Source: an uncultured Verrucomicrobiae bacterium
GTDB taxonomy: Bacteria; Verrucomicrobiota; Verrucomicrobiia; Chthoniobacterales; UBA10450
Assembly: GCA_963735805.1 (NCBI GenBank)
Contig: CAVTMK010000002.1
Coordinates: 1 to 64,000 of the forward strand
Direction of reading: 5' to 3'
Length of the DNA: 64,000 nucleotides
The position numbers and the translations under genes are program-made. Shown piece by piece: positions 58,412-64,000 of this stretch. The first letter of the stretch is position 1. Every line of letters begins with the position of its first letter. The notes below the pieces were generated by a model. The model saw only the letters and a program-made list of their open reading frames with translations, was not told where the DNA came from and made no database searches.

Positions 58412-61135
58412 ATGCAACCCGTTGATGCTCCTTGCTGGCATCATACGAGCGTGGATGAGGTCGTCCGATGTTTTAGAACCAATCTTGCGAATGGCCTTTC
58501 GCTCAGTGAAGTCAGATCACGAGCAAAAGAATATGGACCAAACAAGCTGGCCGAACCGCGACCTCGGCGTTGGTTGTCAAAGCTGCTTAGCCAGTTCAAT
58601 CAACTGGTTCTTTGGATTCTAATCGCCGCGACACTTCTGTCGGCAGTCCTGGGCGACTGGCTGGAAGCCGGGGCGATTCTGGCAATCGTTCTTTTAAACG
58701 CGCTGCTCGGATTTTTTCAGGAACAAAAAGCCGAGAAGGCCCTTTCTTCGCTCAAAGAGCTTTCTTCTCCTGTTGCCAAGGTAATCCGGGACGGCTCACT
58801 GCGCATTCTTCCAGCGGAAACGCTCGTTCCGGGAGACGTCGTTGAAGTTGAGGCAGGCGACCACGTCCCGGCAGACGCACGGCTGGTTACAACATTCGCA
58901 TTGAAGATGCAGGAAGCCGCTCTCACTGGTGAATCGACGCCCATTGAAAAGGACAGCGTTGCAGTGTTACCCCACGATGTTGGTATTGCTGAGCGCGCCA
59001 ATGTGGTGTTCACAGGAACCACGGTCGTCGCCGGTAAAGGTCGTGGCGTAGTCACAGCGATCGGAATGAATACCGAATTGGGTCGCATCGCCGGGTTCCT
59101 GATCACGGAAAAACGCGAACCGACACCGCTCCAGAAACGATTGGCGGAGCTGGGTCGCGTGCTTATTATCGCCTGTCTCAGTCTGGTGGCTGTCATTTTC
59201 GTTTTAGAGCTGCTCCGCGGCGAAAGTCTGGCGCAAACCTTTCTCATGGCGGTCAGCCTGGCGGTGGCGGCGGTGCCCGAAGGATTGCCGGCGGTGGTGG
59301 CCATTGCCCTTGCCCTGGGTTTGCAGCGCATGGTTAAGCGAAACGCTCTCATCCGCCGATTGGCCAGTGTCGAAACGCTCGGCTCGGTGACCGTGATCTG
59401 CTCTGACAAGACAGGGACGCTAACACGCAACGAAATGATGGTTACGGAAATCGTAACCGGCACTGGACGGTACAAAGTTACTGGAACCGGTTATGGGCCG
59501 GATGGAGAATTCGTTGCGCTTGCGGTCGGACCAGACGGCGATAGCGGACCTGCAAACCCGCGAAATGACCCTGACCTCGCAATGGCGTTGACCATCGGCA
59601 TCTGGTGCAACAATGCGAGACTGGATCCGCCAAGCGATCATGATGAGCACTGGAGAATCTTCGGCGACCCAACTGAGGGCGCTCTCATCGTCGCGGCGAG
59701 AAAGGCCGGGGTCGAGCGTGGCCCCGATTGCTCCATCATTCACGAGATCCCGTTCGACTCAACTCGCAAATTGATGTCGATCGTGGTGAAAAACGCGCAG
59801 CGGCGAGCTGTCATTTATACCAAGGGTGCGCCCGAATTACTTCTGGAACGCTGCGCATTTGAACGCCGGGATGGAAAGATCGTGTCGTTGTCACCGGCGC
59901 GCCGCGAGAAACTACTACGGCAAAGCAGCGACATGGCCAACCGTGCGCTGCGATTACTTGCGCTTGCCTATCGAGATCTCGACAACGATTCACCGGAATA
60001 TCGAGAACAGGATTTGGTTTTTGCGGGGCTGGTTGGAATGATTGATCCGCCGCGCGAAGAAGCGCGTACAGCGGTCGCGAAATGCCAGTCGGCAGGCGTA
60101 CGTCCGGTAATGATGACCGGCGATCATCCAGCAACTGCCCTTGCTGTTGCGCAAGCGTTGAACGTTGCAAGCGACGCTGAAGCTCGGATCACCGGTTTGG
60201 AACTTGATGCACTCTCCGAGCAGGAGTTGCTAGCGAGGGTGGAACGTCTTGCCGTATACGCGCGTGTTTCGCCAGAGCACAAGCTAAGAGTCATACAAGC
60301 GCTCAAAGCGAACGGCCAGGTTGTCGCGATGACGGGCGACGGCGTGAATGACGCGCCTGCAGTCAAGATGGCCGACATCGGAATCGCGATGGGGATTACT
60401 GGTACGGACGTGACGAAGGAGGTGTCGGACATGGTTCTGACAGACGACAACTTTGCTTCCATCGTCAACGCAGTTGAAGAAGGGCGAGGCATCTACAACA
60501 ACATCCAGGAGTTCGTCCATTATCTCCTTTCCTGTAACATTAGCGAAGTCGCGCTGGTCCTCTTTGCGGCTCTTGTCGGATGGCCCGTTCCGCTGCTTCC
60601 AATCCAGATACTTTGGATCAATCTTATCACCGATGGATTACCAGCGCTGGCGCTTGCCATGGAAAAACCGGAGCCGAACATAATGAAGCGCCGCCCGCGG
60701 CCACCAAGGGAGCCGTTCTTTACCCGCCGGCGTGGATCGCAAATTCTTATTCACGGCTTTGTTCTGTCGGCGGTAAACATTGGAGGGTTCGCCTATTCCT
60801 ATATTAGAGCGGGGAGTTCGTATGCGCAGGCGACGGCCTTCTACATCACAACCTTCGCCCAGCTTTTCTTCTCCTTCGCTTGCCGCAGTCAGCGTTACAC
60901 GCTTCCGCAACTTGGCGTCTTTACGAATCCGTACCTTCTCGCAGCGATTGTCCTTTCTGGGATATTGCAGATTTCCTTGCTCTGGTTTCCGTTAACGCGA
61001 AACGTATTTTTCCAAACCGCGCCACAATTTGGCTCTGATTGGTTGATCATTCTTTTGCTGGCGCTCGCTCCGGTGTCATTGGTCGAGATCACGAAAATTG
61101 TCCGTCGTCGATACGGGTGCAAAAGCGTGATCTGA
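58412..61135 (+). CDS. P2A-type cation (Ca2+-like) P-type ATPase, CtpF-like
   Basis: TGES, VPEGLP, DKTGT, GDPTE, LSCNISE, QILWINLITDGLPALAL. Confidence 0.92.
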   Translation: MQPVDAPCWHHTSVDEVVRCFRTNLANGLSLSEVRSRAKEYGPNKLAEPRPRRWLSKLLSQFNQLVLWILIAATLLSAVLGDWLEAGAILAIVLLNALLGFFQEQKAEKALSSLKELSSPVAKVIRDGSLRILPAETLVPGDVVEVEAGDHVPADARLVTTFALKMQEAALTGESTPIEKDSVAVLPHDVGIAERANVVFTGTTVVAGKGRGVVTAIGMNTELGRIAGFLITEKREPTPLQKRLAELGRVLIIACLSLVAVIFVLELLRGESLAQTFLMAVSLAVAAVPEGLPAVVAIALALGLQRMVKRNALIRRLASVETLGSVTVICSDKTGTLTRNEMMVTEIVTGTGRYKVTGTGYGPDGEFVALAVGPDGDSGPANPRNDPDLAMALTIGIWCNNARLDPPSDHDEHWRIFGDPTEGALIVAARKAGVERGPDCSIIHEIPFDSTRKLMSIVVKNAQRRAVIYTKGAPELLLERCAFERRDGKIVSLSPARREKLLRQSSDMANRALRLLALAYRDLDNDSPEYREQDLVFAGLVGMIDPPREEARTAVAKCQSAGVRPVMMTGDHPATALAVAQALNVASDAEARITGLELDALSEQELLARVERLAVYARVSPEHKLRVIQALKANGQVVAMTGDGVNDAPAVKMADIGIAMGITGTDVTKEVSDMVLTDDNFASIVNAVEEGRGIYNNIQEFVHYLLSCNISEVALVLFAALVGWPVPLLPIQILWINLITDGLPALALAMEKPEPNIMKRRPRPPREPFFTRRRGSQILIHGFVLSAVNIGGFAYSYIRAGSSYAQATAFYITTFAQLFFSFACRSQRYTLPQLGVFTNPYLLAAIVLSGILQISLLWFPLTRNVFFQTAPQFGSDWLIILLLALAPVSLVEITKIVRRRYGCKSVI

Positions 61136-61138
61136 ATC

Positions 61139-61498
61139 ATGAAAACAGCCGAAGCGCGAGCTGAGCCTTCTGCGGAAACAATGGGGTTGGAGCGTCGTCC
61201 GGTTCTCAAGACAATGGTTGCGCCGAGGAAAATCAGTTGCGTTAGACGCGTGGTCAAAGAGCACAGGACGGATGAAACGGAGTTTTCGATTCTGATCAGC
61301 GATCACTGGCAGGGCAAGGGATTGGGCTCGGCGCGTCTGAGGTTGCTCGTGCAACTCCGACGCAGAGACCGCCTAGGGCGAATCATTGGCCATATTTCAG
61401 CTGAGAACATCACAATGAAAACCGTGAGCCAAGAAGCCGGGTTTGATCTGCATTTCGATCGAAGCGATAGCGAATGGGGGGCTGAGATGAATTTGTGA
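61139..61498 (+). pseudogene. Truncated GNAT domain resembling the C-terminus of acyl-CoA-ligase/GNAT (Pat-type) acetyltransferases
   Basis: EFSILISDHWQGKGLG and ENITM...GF; the N-terminal part of the fold is missing or degenerate. Confidence 0.6.
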
Positions 61499-62481
61499 AG
61501 GTCGCCGTCTTTGGCACCAGAAGTTACGATCGTGAATTTCTTGGCGCGGCAAATCATTCGCGTCACGAATTACATTTCTTTGAGCCGCACTTGAACGAGC
61601 AAACGGCCGGCCTCGCAGCCGGATTCAATGCCGTTTGCGTTTTTGTCAATGATCAGGTTGGCGCGGCAACGATTACAGCGTTGAACTCGTTAGGCGTACG
61701 TCTGATTGCGCTGCGTTGCGCCGGATACAACAATGTCGATCTAAGTGCCGCTAAGAAACATGGCATCACCGTCGTGCGCGTCCCCGGATATTCGCCTTAC
61801 GCAGTGGCGGAGCACGCGATCGGTTTGGTGCTGGCGCTCGATCGCAAACTGCATCGCGCATCCAACCGGGTGCGTGAAGGCAATTTCGCGCTCGACGGTC
61901 TGCTCGGGTTCGATCTCCACGGCAAAACTGTTGGAATCATCGGCACCGGAAAAATTGGGACTGTCGTGGCGCAAATTCTCACTGGCTTTGGTTGCCCGAC
62001 ATTGGTATTCGATCCGATTCCGAACGAGAAATGTCGATCCTTGGGAGCCCGTTACGTCGAGTTGGAAGAGCTCCTCGCGCAGTCCGACATCGTCACTTTA
62101 CACTGCCCGCTTACACCGGAGAACAAGCACATGATCAACGCCGCTGCGATCGCAAAGATGAAAACCGGAGTGATGCTGATTAATACCAGCCGGGGTGCGC
62201 TGCTAGACACGGTGGCCGTAATCGAGGCCCTAAAGAGCGGCAAGATCGGATATCTCGGTCTTGACGTTTACGAAGAAGAGGAACAGATCTTTTTCGAAGA
62301 TCGCTCTGGTCTAATCATTCCCGATGACGTGTTCGCGCGGCTATTAACTTTCCCAAATGTCATCATTACGGGTCACCAGGCCTTCTTTACGCGGGAAGCT
62401 TTAGAAAACATCGCGGCTGTTACCGTACACAACCTCACGAGCTTCGAAAATGGACTGAAGCTTGAAAATCAGCTTATTTGA
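61495..62481 (+). CDS. ldhA: D-lactate dehydrogenase (D-2-hydroxyacid DH)
   Basis: [44 protein letters not shown]. Confidence 0.9.
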   Translation: MKVAVFGTRSYDREFLGAANHSRHELHFFEPHLNEQTAGLAAGFNAVCVFVNDQVGAATITALNSLGVRLIALRCAGYNNVDLSAAKKHGITVVRVPGYSPYAVAEHAIGLVLALDRKLHRASNRVREGNFALDGLLGFDLHGKTVGIIGTGKIGTVVAQILTGFGCPTLVFDPIPNEKCRSLGARYVELEELLAQSDIVTLHCPLTPENKHMINAAAIAKMKTGVMLINTSRGALLDTVAVIEALKSGKIGYLGLDVYEEEEQIFFEDRSGLIIPDDVFARLLTFPNVIITGHQAFFTREALENIAAVTVHNLTSFENGLKLENQLI

Positions 62482-62547
62482 GGACGCTCGGGACGAGACG
62501 ACGGCAACAGTGCTGGTTCGCGGCTGATCACCGCCCCGACAGGAGCG

Positions 62548-62582
62548 CAAGAAATGACCAATCTTTGCCAAGCCAGGACAGG
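62548..62582 (+). promoter_or_regulatory. Island operator 10
   Basis: CAAGAAATGACCAATCTTTGC CAAGCCAGGACAGG; CACACT at 62603; ATG at +46. Confidence 0.8.
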
Positions 62583-62614
62583 CTGCGCTTCCATAAATTA
62601 CGCACACTTACGGC

Positions 62615-63118
62615 ATGAGAATCACAAGCATCATCGGCCTTGCCGTAAGTCTAATTCTAGTGGCTGGCAACGCGTGCGCCGTTCAACCAGCGAAAGCGGA
62701 ACCCAAGCTCCATAGCGGCAGCATCCAGCCGTTCACGTATGGCAACGTTGTTGCTCATTTCAAGGCCGCTGGACTTCGGACTACCGAAGTACAAAAGCGT
62801 TGCACCATCTTTTTCGAGGGCAGATGGAAGAATGCTAACATTTATGACTATTGCGTTATCATGGTGGAAAACTCCGATGAAGATGTGCAAGTGACGTTTT
62901 ATCTTACTGACGCCCATGAGATGAATTGGGTAACAGAATTCCTCGACGCCCCATTCTTTGCTCAACCGGAAACGCAAAAGCTCTTTGGCTTGATTAATTC
63001 GGGACACGACATTCGCGGAGAAAAAGTCGGCCGCTTTCGTGTGGATTTTAATCGCTGGCAACCGCGCCATGCCGAGATTCTCGTGTTTAGCCTCACCCCA
63101 GTTCGCGCTCGAGGTTAA
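62615..63118 (+). CDS. Hypothetical exported protein
   Basis: Signal-peptide-like N-terminus; start supported by operator spacing. Confidence 0.7.
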   Translation: MRITSIIGLAVSLILVAGNACAVQPAKAEPKLHSGSIQPFTYGNVVAHFKAAGLRTTEVQKRCTIFFEGRWKNANIYDYCVIMVENSDEDVQVTFYLTDAHEMNWVTEFLDAPFFAQPETQKLFGLINSGHDIRGEKVGRFRVDFNRWQPRHAEILVFSLTPVRARG

Positions 63119-63305
63119 TCAAGCCTTGATGACGCGATCGCGGTGAGGAGGGCTCCGATGACTCCTGAGAACTGACCAGCGAGAAACGGCGAACCGCGAC
63201 AAACATAGCTCGGGAAATTTCCTCGTTTTTCAAACGCCAGTTGTCCAAAGGATGCGAACAGATGTCTCGACTCCCAAGCGATCCATCCCGAATAGTAATA
63301 ACACG

Positions 63306-64000
63306 ATGGCCCAGGCTATTGCCTCTCCAAAGCTCAGACATCAGCCGCCAATCAGTCGGTTTTGGGAATCTGTCACCGTTCTACATCGTCGGAGAACCAG
63401 CATCATCGCTGCCTTTTCGGTTATGGCGATCCTAGTGCATCTCGTTCTGCGTTTTGGCTTACACATTTCTCCGGGAGTTTCCCAAATTCCGCTTGCTGCT
63501 GTGCTGGTTTTTGGTGGTGTTCCTCTCGTTTACGAACTAGCCGGAAATCTTTTACGCCGTGAATTCGGCTCTGATCTGCTTGCCGGACTTTCGATCGTCA
63601 CTTCTGTCTTGCTTCACGAATACCTCGCTGGCGCGATCGTCGTATTGATGCTTTCCGGCGGCGAGGCGCTCGAAAATTATGCATTACGCAATGCATCTTC
63701 GGTCTTGCGGGCTTTAGCAAAACGGATGCCCGCCATCGCACATCGGAAACGAGATTCCGTAGTCAGCGACGTGGCGCTCGATGACATCGCGGTGGGCGAC
63801 ACACTAGTTATTTATCCGCACGACATTTCTCCAGTGGACGGAACTGTGATTGATGGGCACGGAGTAATGAACGAAGCGTTCCTCACCGGGGAACCTTTCG
63901 AGATCACGAAAGCGCCCGGATCCGCCGTCATTTCCGGCGCGGTGAATGGTGAGTCCGTTCTCACTATCACAGCCTCGCGTCGTGCGGTCGATTCGCGCTA
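63306..64000 (+). CDS. Heavy-metal P1B-type ATPase, 5' part (runs off window; absent from the ORF track)
   Basis: Translated by hand: MAQAIASPK...EFGSDLLAGLSI...MLSGGEALENYA...PVDG...NEAFLTGEP...ISGAVNG. Confidence 0.88.
   Translation, partial: MAQAIASPKLRHQPPISRFWESVTVLHRRRTSIIAAFSVMAILVHLVLRFGLHISPGVSQIPLAAVLVFGGVPLVYELAGNLLRREFGSDLLAGLSIVTSVLLHEYLAGAIVVLMLSGGEALENYALRNASSVLRALAKRMPAIAHRKRDSVVSDVALDDIAVGDTLVIYPHDISPVDGTVIDGHGVMNEAFLTGEPFEITKAPGSAVISGAVNGESVLTITASRRAVDSR

Noticed and set aside
29812..62582. Island repeats as CRISPR or mobile-element ends
   Set aside because: They are dispersed, degenerate and positioned at promoters; no array, cas gene, transposase or integrase is in the window.

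Overview
The window looks like a Verrucomicrobiota chromosome (Spartobacteria/Chthoniobacterales-like; inferred from protein character and gene order) and spans the probable replication origin. From 1 to 24 kb it is mostly housekeeping: tRNA-Leu 3' end, ROK kinase, rpmE-prfA-prmC-murA, nfo, AsmA-like protein, accA, ubiX, folD, dnaN-dnaA and a candidate oriC. From about 25 to 64 kb lies an almost entirely + strand stress/low-oxygen island. It holds 8 universal stress protein (USP) genes, four P-type ATPases of four subfamilies, PPK2, PfkB, PEP synthase, a Zn-ADH, D-LDH, CBS/DUF2267/host-attachment genes and split Rv2030c-like genes, a set resembling the mycobacterial DosR dormancy regulon. Main discovery: 11 upstream regions in the island share a bipartite direct repeat (CAA-N5-G twice, exactly 21 bp apart; first half usually CAAGAAWYG). 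In 6 of 11 the ATG lies 45-46 nt after the second CAA. This is AraC/XylS class II activator geometry on probably leaderless mRNAs. The only recognisable DNA-binding regulator in the island is a PocR-sensor AraC protein, so I propose a PocR-AraC-controlled dormancy-type regulon. A separate cassette with a cNMP-domain/acyltransferase fusion and a divergent deacylase is nested inside the island. All calls were made by eye; no searches were run.
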